Source of the DNA: Oscillospiraceae bacterium
GTDB taxonomy: Bacteria > Bacillota > Clostridia > Oscillospirales > UBA644
NCBI GenBank assembly: GCA_015067385.1
Contig: SVMP01000002.1
Coordinates: 1 to 43,612 of the forward strand
DNA: 43,612 nt
Reading direction: 5' to 3'
The position numbers were made by a program, and so were the translations under genes. Shown in pieces: positions 25,857 to 33,447 of the stretch. How positions within the stretch are numbered: position 1 is the first letter of the stretch; the number at the start of each line of letters is the position of its first letter. The notes below the pieces were generated by a model that did no database searches, had not been told where the DNA came from, and worked only from the letters and a program-made list of their open reading frames with translations.

Positions 25857-27839
25857 ATGAACAACAAATATAAGCCGCCTTTTGTCGGCGTCGCGTATTA
25901 TCCGGAAGACTGGGATGAAAGCTGTTTAGAGTACGACATTTCGATGATGAAGAAGGCGGGTTTTAATGTTGCCCGTGTTGCGGAATTTGCATGGACAAAA
26001 ATGGAGAAGACCGAAGGAGTTTTCACGTTCGATTGGCTTCACAGAGTTGTCGATGCGTTGGGTGAAGCAGGCATTGCGACAATACTCTGCACCCCGAGCG
26101 CTACTCCGCCGAGATGGCTTTCCGTTAAACACCCCGATGTTTTTGCCGAAAGCGAGAACGGAGCCGTTCAGAACCACGGCGGAAGAAGACATTGCTGTTC
26201 GAATAATCCGAATTACATAAAATATTCGCTTCGTATCGCGGAAGAAATGGCAAAAGAATTTGCCGACGATGAGAACGTTATCGGCTGGCAGATCGACAAT
26301 GAAATATACACATGGGGCACCGGCTGTTTCTGCGAGACCTGTCAGAAAAAATTTATCGATCGTCTGAAAAACAAATTCGGCGATATTGAAGAGCTCAACG
26401 CACGTTGGGATCTCGGTGCATGGAGCCAGGAATACAACAGTTTTGACGATATTCAGGCACCGAGAAACGCAGGAATCAATCCTCACCACAGAACGGAATG
26501 GGCAACTTTCCAGCAGGAATCGAATATTGAGTTCGTTACCTTGCAGGCGGAAGTTCTCAAAAAATACGTTAAAGTTCCTGTCGGAACTGATATGATGCCT
26601 TTCGGCGGACTAAGCTATCCCGATATGAACAGAAAGCTAGACGTCGTTCAGTTCAACCACTATAACACAGAAGAAAACCTCTGGGAGATCTGCTTCTGGT
26701 TTGACTTTATCCGTACAATAATCGACCGTCCGTTCTGGAACACGGAAACCTCGACCTGCTGGAACGGCGGAACTTCTATCGATCAGACGATCAAGAAAGA
26801 CGGTTTCTGCTACGTTAACTCTTGGCTCCCGTTGGCGCTCGGCGGTGAGGCGAACTTATACTGGCTCTGGCGCACGCATTGGGGCGGACATGAACTGATG
26901 CACGGTTCCGTTCTTGCGACAGACGGACGACCGATGCATATTTTCGACGAAGTGAAGAAAGTATCTGAAAGCTTCAACAAAGCCGCTGATTTTATCAATA
27001 ACACAAAAGTCGAAACAAATGTTGCGATGCATTACACAGCGCTTTCGCATAATATACGTCTGTATCAGAACGTTGTAAACGGCCCTGTTTACGTTAACAT
27101 TCTTAAAGAAAACTTCTACCGTGCACTTTCCGACAGTTCGATCAGACCCGATGTTATAGAATCGGAAACAGATCTCGATAAATATAAAGTTCTTTTCACT
27201 AACCTCTGCATGTCTCTCGAAGACCGCGGAATGGCTGAAAAGATCAGAAAATGGGTCGAAAACGGCGGTATATGGATCGTCGGCCCGATGACGGATATAC
27301 GCAATGCCGATGCCGCAAAATACCCGACAAAACCGTACGGTATGCTCGAAGAAATGCTCGGAATTTATCAGGATTTCGAAATTCCGGACAGACAAAACGA
27401 AATCAAATGCGAACTTTCCGACGGCAGAGTTTTTGAGGGTACGGACTGGCTCGAGCTTTTTACGCCGGACGAAGACACGCTTGCAACCGTCAAATCAGCG
27501 CCTCATTCCGCACTTATCGGCAAAGGCGTTTACACGAAAAAGAAAGTCGGAAAAGGCACCGTCTATTTCCTCGGAACGATCCCGACTTACAATACCGTTA
27601 AAAATATCATAATCCCCGAAGTCATGGCGCTTGCAGGCATTGAGACCGCAGAAAGCAACGATCTTATTATTGCCGACAGAAAAGGCGATGGCATTGAGGG
27701 TAAGATCATCATTGACGTTTCGGGCAAAGGCGGAAGCTACACCCTGCCCTACCCCGCATTCGATATTCTTTCCGAAAAAGAGCTTGACGGAAAGATCGAG
27801 ATCAAACCGTACGACGTTCTCGTTCTCAAAAAGATATAA
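25857..27839 (+). CDS. Glycoside hydrolase family 42 beta-galactosidase
   Basis: 660-aa ORF with YYPEDWDE, WQIDNE (acid/base) and a Cys cluster (HCCSNNP...CFCETC) typical of GH42. RBS AAGGAG. Confidence 0.85.
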   Translation: MNNKYKPPFVGVAYYPEDWDESCLEYDISMMKKAGFNVARVAEFAWTKMEKTEGVFTFDWLHRVVDALGEAGIATILCTPSATPPRWLSVKHPDVFAESENGAVQNHGGRRHCCSNNPNYIKYSLRIAEEMAKEFADDENVIGWQIDNEIYTWGTGCFCETCQKKFIDRLKNKFGDIEELNARWDLGAWSQEYNSFDDIQAPRNAGINPHHRTEWATFQQESNIEFVTLQAEVLKKYVKVPVGTDMMPFGGLSYPDMNRKLDVVQFNHYNTEENLWEICFWFDFIRTIIDRPFWNTETSTCWNGGTSIDQTIKKDGFCYVNSWLPLALGGEANLYWLWRTHWGGHELMHGSVLATDGRPMHIFDEVKKVSESFNKAADFINNTKVETNVAMHYTALSHNIRLYQNVVNGPVYVNILKENFYRALSDSSIRPDVIESETDLDKYKVLFTNLCMSLEDRGMAEKIRKWVENGGIWIVGPMTDIRNADAAKYPTKPYGMLEEMLGIYQDFEIPDRQNEIKCELSDGRVFEGTDWLELFTPDEDTLATVKSAPHSALIGKGVYTKKKVGKGTVYFLGTIPTYNTVKNIIIPEVMALAGIETAESNDLIIADRKGDGIEGKIIIDVSGKGGSYTLPYPAFDILSEKELDGKIEIKPYDVLVLKKI

Positions 27840-27843
27840 AATC

Positions 27844-27876
27844 AAAAGATGGAGAAAAATCTCCATCTTTTTTTTA
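27844..27876. terminator. Bidirectional terminator shared by convergent genes
   Basis: AAAAGATGGAGA (27844-27855) pairs with TCTCCATCTTTT (27860-27871), with A/T runs on both sides. Confidence 0.7.
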
Positions 27877-28995
27877 TTATTCTTCAATAAACACTTTTTT
27901 GATCGCTTCGAGATAGCCGTAACCGTAAACATTATCGGGTTCAAGGTAGCTCGTTTCAGTCCATTCGTTCCAGCTGTTTATCGTTATGAGCGAAACACCG
28001 TTATCGTCGGCATATTTTTTTGCCGAACGGAGAGCTTTTTCAAAATTTTCGGGCGTATTGTTTTTGACGATTCCGCCTCTGAAGCCGAGGAATCTCGGGT
28101 TATTGTCCCAACCGACCGAAACGTGCGGAAAGTACGGTATATGGTATTTATTTTTTATAACATTCCATTCTTTTTCGACATCGGGGAGAATTTCAAGATA
28201 ATCTCGGTCGATATTCGTAAAATGAACGAACTGATAATGCGTAAGCGACGAAAAGCCCATGCTTTCGACGATCTCGGCATCAGTTTTCATGATATTTCCG
28301 TCAACGCCTGTTACGTTTGCGGAATTTTGGTTCCAGCAGACAAACTGAAAATGAACGCCTGCAAGCCCTGCGGCTTTCGCCTCTTGTTCAAGCCATTTCA
28401 TAGATTTCACAGCGCCGTCAATACCGCCGAGACCGACGACGAAATTGCGGAAATCGTAAATACTGACAACGGGTTTGCCGTCGATCTTATAATAATTTTC
28501 TTTTGTGAAATATTTTTCTATCCAACGTTTGCCGATGATCTCGAACTGTTCGGGCGAAACGGCACCTTTCCATATCGTCTGATTGTTGAACTTATCGGAG
28601 TTGCGGATATCCCAAAGATAGTTAGCATCGTGGTTTGCCCACATGATATAAAATTTCATCTTATCGCAGTTCGGAGCTTTCAAAAAGCCGTCATTAAGGC
28701 AATTTTCGAGGAACGGCGCATTATCGTACCAATACCAATCATAGATAAAAACGTTTACGCCGTGCGCTGTCGCCGCCTCAATTTGCGCAGACATAACGTA
28801 CGGATCGGCTTCGTTGACATAACCCCAAAGCGGTTTTCTGTTCCAGAAATAGCCGTTCTGCTTCGGTGCGGAGTTTTTGACGGTCTGCCATTCGCCTATG
28901 CCTTCGGGCCAGAATAATCTCGTTCTCGGCTCGTCCCCGGTATATGCAGGCCAGATATATGCGGCAATATCGTTTTTTTTCATTTGTATCGGCAC
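27877..28995 (-). CDS. GH99-like / WbsX-like glycan-processing protein
   Basis: 372-aa ORF with RBS AAGGAG. The N-terminal pattern (AAYIWPAY...GIGEWQTV...GYVNEADPYVMSAQIEAATAHGVNVFIYDWYWY) resembles the WbsX/GH99-like family. The assignment comes from remembered family patterns only. Confidence 0.55.
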   Translation of the reverse strand: MPIQMKKNDIAAYIWPAYTGDEPRTRLFWPEGIGEWQTVKNSAPKQNGYFWNRKPLWGYVNEADPYVMSAQIEAATAHGVNVFIYDWYWYDNAPFLENCLNDGFLKAPNCDKMKFYIMWANHDANYLWDIRNSDKFNNQTIWKGAVSPEQFEIIGKRWIEKYFTKENYYKIDGKPVVSIYDFRNFVVGLGGIDGAVKSMKWLEQEAKAAGLAGVHFQFVCWNQNSANVTGVDGNIMKTDAEIVESMGFSSLTHYQFVHFTNIDRDYLEILPDVEKEWNVIKNKYHIPYFPHVSVGWDNNPRFLGFRGGIVKNNTPENFEKALRSAKKYADDNGVSLITINSWNEWTETSYLEPDNVYGYGYLEAIKKVFIEE

Positions 28996-29010
28996 TCCTT
29001 TTAAAATTAT

Positions 29011-29331
29011 TTATCCCCCGATGCTTGTCTGACGGAAATACGCATCGACAGCGCTGTCACCGTCAAAAACAACGAAAAAAGTATCGTGGATATAGCTCGG
29101 GTCAAAAATATTATCATCGTAATTAACATAATACGCTCCGAGGGCTTCGCCCTCATCAGAGATAAATTCACGGTCGAATTCGCCGTATTTCTCTTCGATC
29201 TCGGCGCGCGTCTTGCCGACGATCCATTCACTGTCGTAAAGCTCGGAGATGTTGGTTTCAGCATAATGTTTTTCGCAGGCGCAAAGAGAGAGGTATAATG
29301 TTAAAACAAAAATAATGACAGGGCTTTTCAT
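29011..29331 (-). CDS. Small putative lipoprotein, unknown function
   Basis: 106-aa ORF with RBS AAGGTGG. The signal peptide ends in LSLCAC (lipobox-like). Confidence 0.6.
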   Translation of the reverse strand: MKSPVIIFVLTLYLSLCACEKHYAETNISELYDSEWIVGKTRAEIEEKYGEFDREFISDEGEALGAYYVNYDDNIFDPSYIHDTFFVVFDGDSAVDAYFRQTSIGG

Positions 29332-29344
29332 GATACCACCTTAT

Positions 29345-29375
29345 TTACAAAAAGACCGAGCATAAACTCGGTCTT
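29345..29375 (-). terminator. Intrinsic terminator after the 194-aa ORF
   Basis: On the minus strand, AAGACCGAG / CTCGGTCTT stem (29352-29375) followed by TTTTTGT. Confidence 0.6.
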
Positions 29376-29389
29376 AAAATATTTTATGG

Positions 29390-29974
29390 TTATTCTTTAT
29401 AGATTCGATCTACAACCTGAGAAATTTTCTCGGCAATTTCAGGTAGCTTATCAAGCTGCGAAATATCACCGGAATCAGATGAAGTAAAATCCTTAACTAT
29501 ACAATCAAAGATATGTCCGACTCTTTCTTCTTTTCGAAATTTATCGCCGCGGTAATCTTCATACATTTTGCGATAAAACTCAAGCATTATCCTCATAGTC
29601 TCTTCTCTCATCGCAAAAACACTACAGATAGGTTCAATCTGAGAAGAAATATCTTTACGGTTTTCCTCGTCATCACCACGAATAATACAAAAAGCATCGC
29701 CAAGACGAAAAAGAGAAGTATGGTGATTTTCGGTAAGCTGATTCTGAAGCATCACAATTTGGTCGAAAATTTCTTTTGCTGTAAGGTTATTGTTATTTAT
29801 ATTGTTTTCCATTTGATTATCCTCCAAAAATATATCCGGAGGGCACGCAAGGCATATTTTATTTTCGTCAATGAAGCGTGCCCTGCCGTTTTTAACAAGA
29901 CCTTTCGCCCTTTTCGGGTAGGTCGCTCCATATTCATTTCCTTGCTCATCAACAACAATAACGTTTTTTATCAT
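29390..29974 (-). CDS. Hypothetical protein with an RRXRR/PLMP-like N-terminal segment
   Basis: 194-aa ORF with RBS GGGGGAG. The N-terminus VIVVDEQGNEYGATYPKRAKGLVKNGRARFI resembles the RRXRR motif domain seen at the N-terminus of some HNH/IscB-type proteins. The remainder is helical and unassignable. Confidence 0.55.
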   Translation of the reverse strand: MIKNVIVVDEQGNEYGATYPKRAKGLVKNGRARFIDENKICLACPPDIFLEDNQMENNINNNNLTAKEIFDQIVMLQNQLTENHHTSLFRLGDAFCIIRGDDEENRKDISSQIEPICSVFAMREETMRIMLEFYRKMYEDYRGDKFRKEERVGHIFDCIVKDFTSSDSGDISQLDKLPEIAEKISQVVDRIYKE

Positions 29975-30061
29975 GGGTGTCTCCCCCTTTGTTTTGATTT
30001 GCGATATGTGAATTTCCGTTTTTTGTTATGGGTGTCATCCCCATTTCACATCTATAAAAAT

Positions 30062-30090
30062 ATTATACAATATAAATCAACGTTTGTCAA
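30062..30090 (-). promoter_or_regulatory. sigma-A type promoter of the 194-aa ORF
   Basis: On the minus strand: TTGACA (30090-30085), 17-bp spacer, TATAAT (30067-30062). Confidence 0.55.
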
Positions 30091-30098
30091 GCGTTTTT

Positions 30099-30947
30099 TT
30101 ATTCTTCGATCATGCGTTTTAACTGTTTTGCGGATTCGACGGTAAGCTTTTCGTAAGCCGAAATGACTTCGGGAGACATCTTTTTCGGGTCAGGGTTATT
30201 ACACTCCAAAGACAGAACGCCGTCAAAACCGACTTCTGCGAGAGCTTTCGTAAACGCAGACCAATCGATAGTACCGAGAAAAGGTATAAAGTGTCCGTCT
30301 GCGGAATATTTGTTGTCATGCACATGCAAAACTTTAAGATACGGCGCTGAAAGACGCACATTTTCGGCGATATCATCGTTCAGACAATTACAATGACCGG
30401 TATCAAGGCAGATGCCTGCAAACGGAGAATTTACCTTTTTAACAGCTTCTGCGATATATTTCATCTTTGAAATACGTTGTGCGCCGAACGGCATATTTTC
30501 AAGGCATACGGTAACATCATATTTTTCACATTCGATCAAAAGCTCTCGAATGAGCTCGACCGTCAGATTCTCGGCATAATCGGGATCGGTATCACGTCCC
30601 CAGCCGAACGGCATCTGCGGATGAATTACAAGATTTTTGCAGCCCAGAAGATAGCAGGCATAGACCGCGCGGTGCATACAGTCCCAGCCGATCGCCCTGC
30701 TCTCCTCGGTTTTATCATCGGTAGGCCATGGACCATGTACCTGCGAAATGATAAGACCGTTTTTTTCAGCCGCCTCACGAACTTCCTTGCAATGAGCCTT
30801 CATTGCTTCGACATTTTTATAATAATCAAGATTTATATTTTCAAGACTGTGATCGACAGCTTCATATCCGAGAGAACGTAAATGAGAAAAACGTTCATCC
30901 CATGTTGAAAAATAATTTGCCGCATTACTGCAAATACCGATTTTCAT
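30099..30947 (-). CDS. Sugar phosphate isomerase/epimerase (xylose isomerase-like TIM barrel)
   Basis: 282-aa ORF. The pattern of conserved H/D/E residues (VIHP, LENM, LDTGH, HVHDN) is typical of the AP-endonuclease-2/TIM-barrel family. Confidence 0.7.
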   Translation of the reverse strand: MKIGICSNAANYFSTWDERFSHLRSLGYEAVDHSLENINLDYYKNVEAMKAHCKEVREAAEKNGLIISQVHGPWPTDDKTEESRAIGWDCMHRAVYACYLLGCKNLVIHPQMPFGWGRDTDPDYAENLTVELIRELLIECEKYDVTVCLENMPFGAQRISKMKYIAEAVKKVNSPFAGICLDTGHCNCLNDDIAENVRLSAPYLKVLHVHDNKYSADGHFIPFLGTIDWSAFTKALAEVGFDGVLSLECNNPDPKKMSPEVISAYEKLTVESAKQLKRMIEE

Positions 30948-30967
30948 AATATTCGACTTATCTCCTA

Positions 30968-31801
30968 TTACTCGCCTATTTCGTAGCGGTTTACATTGCC
31001 GAGAAGTCCCTGAGTTGAGACGTACTGCGTAAGACCGGGAGCGATCTCGCTGTTGTTTGCAAAATGAAGATGACCGGCAAAGACTGCGATGATCTTATCC
31101 GCATTTTGTTTGAGTATTTCAATAAATTCGAGCGTTTCGGCAGAGGCAAAATCGTGATTAAGTCTGAAATATTCGCCGCAATTAATAAGCTTTTCTTTAT
31201 TACCCTCGGTCATGACGGGAATATGCATCGCAATTATCATAGGCTTAGACTGCGATAAAATTTCTTTGAGACGGTCGATCTGATATGATGTTATCCGACG
31301 TTCGGAATCATCGAAGCCGACGAGCAACATATCGCCGAGGTCGAGTATCTGAACAGGGTCTTTGATAGAAGAATAGATATATCCATCGGGGATATCTTCG
31401 GCTTTATCGTGATTGCCGCAGACTGCAAGGAACGGAACTTTCGCATTTTTAAGGTCGGCATCGATCTTTCGCATATTGGCACCGTTTATATAATCGCAGA
31501 TATCGCCTGTCATAACGAGAGCATCGCCGCTTTCGGCAAGAGAAACAAGATTGGAAAAATGTTCACCCGTACTTAACTGAAGGTCATCGGCGTAGCTTTC
31601 ATCATTGTTTTTAGCAAACATAATACGCCCTTTTTCCCAAGAACCTGTTGACACTTTTGCTTTCAAGGTTTCTTCTTCATCGGAAAGATCATCATATTCA
31701 GTCAAATGAACATCGCTGAAATGATAGATTATTTTCTTTTTAATTCCGTTTACGGGAATGGTGTAGTTATGGATAAGCATACCGTTATTGTTTTCCGTCA
31801 T
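30968..31801 (-). CDS. Calcineurin-like metallophosphoesterase
   Basis: 277-aa ORF with the ordered motifs HFSDVH, GDICD, GNHD, MHIP and GHLH. Confidence 0.8.
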   Translation of the reverse strand: MTENNNGMLIHNYTIPVNGIKKKIIYHFSDVHLTEYDDLSDEEETLKAKVSTGSWEKGRIMFAKNNDESYADDLQLSTGEHFSNLVSLAESGDALVMTGDICDYINGANMRKIDADLKNAKVPFLAVCGNHDKAEDIPDGYIYSSIKDPVQILDLGDMLLVGFDDSERRITSYQIDRLKEILSQSKPMIIAMHIPVMTEGNKEKLINCGEYFRLNHDFASAETLEFIEILKQNADKIIAVFAGHLHFANNSEIAPGLTQYVSTQGLLGNVNRYEIGE

Positions 31802-31826
31802 TAATAGTCACCTTCAAAAATATTGT

Positions 31827-32417
31827 TTATAATAGATTATATTTATTGAGTATTTGTGCTTCTTCCCAATATCGAGGAAATTTTTTGCGAATAAATTCCA
31901 AGCTGGGATGATCCGAATCATCCAGTAAATTATGATGTTTAATAAAACGTGTGATATGACCGCGAATTATATCTTTTCGCCATTGAGGTAAATCTTCATA
32001 GCGTTCATAAACAAATTTCCCATTTTCAGAATAGGATAAAATATGTTCATAAACGTCTTCTATATACTCAAACGAAGTAATCGGAACAACTTTATTCGAA
32101 GTCGCACAAGTATTAATATGAGTTTCCGAATTCAGGGAACAATCCCCATCACATTCATATATATAACCGTCGACACCCTTATAAAGATACTCAAGAGCAT
32201 TGGGGAACATTTCCTGAAAAACAATAGTTCCGTCAGAGCGAATATCTATCATTGGCATTTTTATTTTTCCGAGACGTTTTACATCCCAAATGTAATGTAA
32301 AGCCAATTGTCTGCTGGTGGTAAGATAAACAAGAGGATCCTTTATATACGCATTGACTGCATAATCAGGACATAATTCTGTTAATCCTTTGACCGTCGAA
32401 CCATGATAGAATTTCAT
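31827..32417 (-). CDS. Hypothetical protein, possibly ADP-ribosyltransferase-fold (DUF3990-like)
   Basis: The track ORF is 31827-32483. The likely start is ATG 32417 after GGGAGG. The N-terminal MKFYHGS ... VYLTTS ... GYIYE spacing recalls the H-Y-E ART fold. The fold call is weak. Confidence 0.6.
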   Translation of the reverse strand: MKFYHGSTVKGLTELCPDYAVNAYIKDPLVYLTTSRQLALHYIWDVKRLGKIKMPMIDIRSDGTIVFQEMFPNALEYLYKGVDGYIYECDGDCSLNSETHINTCATSNKVVPITSFEYIEDVYEHILSYSENGKFVYERYEDLPQWRKDIIRGHITRFIKHHNLLDDSDHPSLEFIRKKFPRYWEEAQILNKYNLL

Positions 32418-32454
32418 ATTTGTACCTCCCGAGGATAGAATTTTGGTTAATATA

Positions 32455-32483
32455 AATATATCACACCAAAACACAAAAAACAA
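32455..32483 (-). promoter_or_regulatory. Candidate promoter of the 31827-32417 gene
   Basis: On the minus strand: TTGTTT (32483-32478), 17-bp spacer, TGaTATATT (32463-32455). Confidence 0.45.
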
Positions 32484-32486
32484 GAC

Positions 32487-32515
32487 TTGTAATTTGTATT
32501 TATTTATGGTATAAT
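32487..32515 (+). promoter_or_regulatory. Orphan sigma-A type promoter facing an untranslated region
   Basis: TTGTAA at 32487-32492, 17-bp spacer, TGgTATAAT at 32507-32515. Confidence 0.5.
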
Positions 32516-32521
32516 ATTAAT

Positions 32522-32613
32522 GTACCAAAACTCTTGTAGGAGTAATCTCATAACACAAATTCTATAATAGTGTCTTTATTTTCCGGAAGCCGAAAAGGTT
32601 TTCGGATTTTTTT
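32522..32613 (+). ncRNA. Candidate small RNA of about 90 nt (promoter to terminator, no credible ORF)
   Basis: Bounded by the 32487-32515 promoter and a hairpin (TCCGGAA 32582-32588 / TTTCGGA 32600-32606) followed by seven T residues (32607-32613). Confidence 0.3.
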
Positions 32614-32651
32614 AATTATAACACATAATTTTCTGTTTGGCAAGTAAAAAA

Positions 32652-32680
32652 ATCAAGTCTTACGACTTGATTTGATTTTG
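32652..32680. terminator. Second hairpin terminator, bidirectional in appearance
   Basis: ATCAAGTC (32652-32659) pairs with GACTTGAT (32664-32671). It is preceded by A7 and followed by TTGATTTT. Confidence 0.45.
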
Positions 32681-32780
32681 TATATATGCTAAAAAATTTT
32701 TCATCAATTTTACATAAAACCTTGCGAAGCGGTTTTGTGAAAGGGTTATAAAAAGATATTTTTACTGTTTTTGCGTATGA

Positions 32781-32974
32781 ATTCGAATTTTCGAATAGTT
32801 TTTAGTGATATTCTGTCTTTGACAGAGTGATATTTTCTCTTCGAGAAAGTGATATTGAAACCTTACGGTTTCAGTAATATTATATTCGCCTTAAAACTCG
32901 CGAAGCGAATATCACTTGAACTTTAGTTCAAATATAACTGCGTAGCAATAACACTCGCCGCATGCGAATATAAC
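32781..32974. repeat. Heptamer-punctuated hairpin array, copy 2
   Basis: GTGATAT at 32805, 32827 and 32849, and GTAATAT at 32874. ATATCAC at 32909, ATATAAC at 32932, ATAACAC at 32948 and ATATAAC at 32968. Perfect hairpins lie between them at 32781-32796, 32812-32826, 32834-32848, 32856-32873, 32882-32912, 32916-32931, 32939-32947 and 32955-32967. Confidence 0.8.
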
Positions 32975-32976
32975 TG

Positions 32977-33007
32977 AAAAACCGACTTGTCGAAACAAGT
33001 CGGTTTT
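32977..33007. terminator. Bidirectional intrinsic terminator (tRNA operon on the minus strand, array 2 on the plus strand)
   Basis: AAAACCGACTTGT (32978-32990) pairs with ACAAGTCGGTTTT (32995-33007) around loop CGAA. Confidence 0.8.
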
Positions 33008-33008
33008 C

Positions 33009-33093
33009 TGGTGGGGGAAGGTGGATTCGGACCACCGAAGTCACTGACAACAGATTTACAGTCTGCCCCCTTTGGCCGCTCGGGAATTCCCCC
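33009..33093 (-). tRNA. tRNA-Tyr (anticodon GTA), class II with long variable arm, CCA encoded
   Basis: The reverse complement reads GGGGGAATTCCCGAGCGGCCAAAGGGGGCAGACTGTAAATCTGT...GGTCCGAATCCACCTTCCCCCACCA. The anticodon loop is CTGTAAA. Confidence 0.9.
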
Positions 33094-33126
33094 ATACTAT
33101 TTAGTTGTTTCAGCCGTTAAGACTGG

Positions 33127-33201
33127 TGGAGCTGGTGAACGGAGTCGAACCATCAACCTGCTGATTACAAATCAGCTGCTCTGCCATTGAGCCACACCAG
33201 C
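33127..33201 (-). tRNA. tRNA-Thr (anticodon TGT), CCA encoded
   Basis: The reverse complement reads GCTGGTGTGGCTCAATGGCAGAGCAGCTGATTTGTAATCAGCAGGTTGATGGTTCGACTCCGTTCACCAGCTCCA. It has a 7-bp acceptor stem and anticodon loop TTTGTAA. Confidence 0.9.
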
Positions 33202-33236
33202 GTATTGGTTTTTGCCTCGGCGTTTAACGCTTGATT

Positions 33237-33265
33237 ATTATATCACACAAACTCCGATTTGTCAA
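33237..33265 (-). promoter_or_regulatory. sigma-A type promoter of the tRNA-Thr/tRNA-Tyr unit
   Basis: On the minus strand: TTGACA (33265-33260), 17-bp spacer, TGaTATAAT (33245-33237). Confidence 0.6.
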
Positions 33266-33447
33266 TAGGTTTTATTGTAAACTTTACGTGAAGTTGAAAC
33301 AAATATGTGTCAAATCCACCCTTTTTCTGCATATTTTTCTTTTTAGCGGTTATAAAATTATTTTTTCTCAATTCTGGAACTTTTTGAAAAATTTTCAGTC
33401 TAATGAAGCATAACCCCTTAAAACTGTTATTCAGGAGGAAACAAGAC

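Noticed and set aside
27631-28917. 428-aa plus-strand ORF
   Set aside because: It is fully antisense to the GH99/WbsX-like gene, which has a good RBS and recognisable family motifs. The product is Phe/Ile/Arg-rich junk typical of antisense frames.
29513-30145. 210-aa plus-strand ORF
   Set aside because: It is antisense to the 29390-29974 ORF and crosses that gene's promoter and leader. It has no RBS and an implausible sequence.
32987-33190. 67-aa plus-strand ORF
   Set aside because: It lies across the two tRNA genes on the opposite strand and across the terminator, so it is not coding.
25857-33201. Genomic island integrated at the tRNA-Thr/Tyr locus
   Set aside because: The genes are accessory-looking. 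However, there is no integrase, no transposase and no direct repeat of a tRNA 3' end, so island status cannot be supported from this window.
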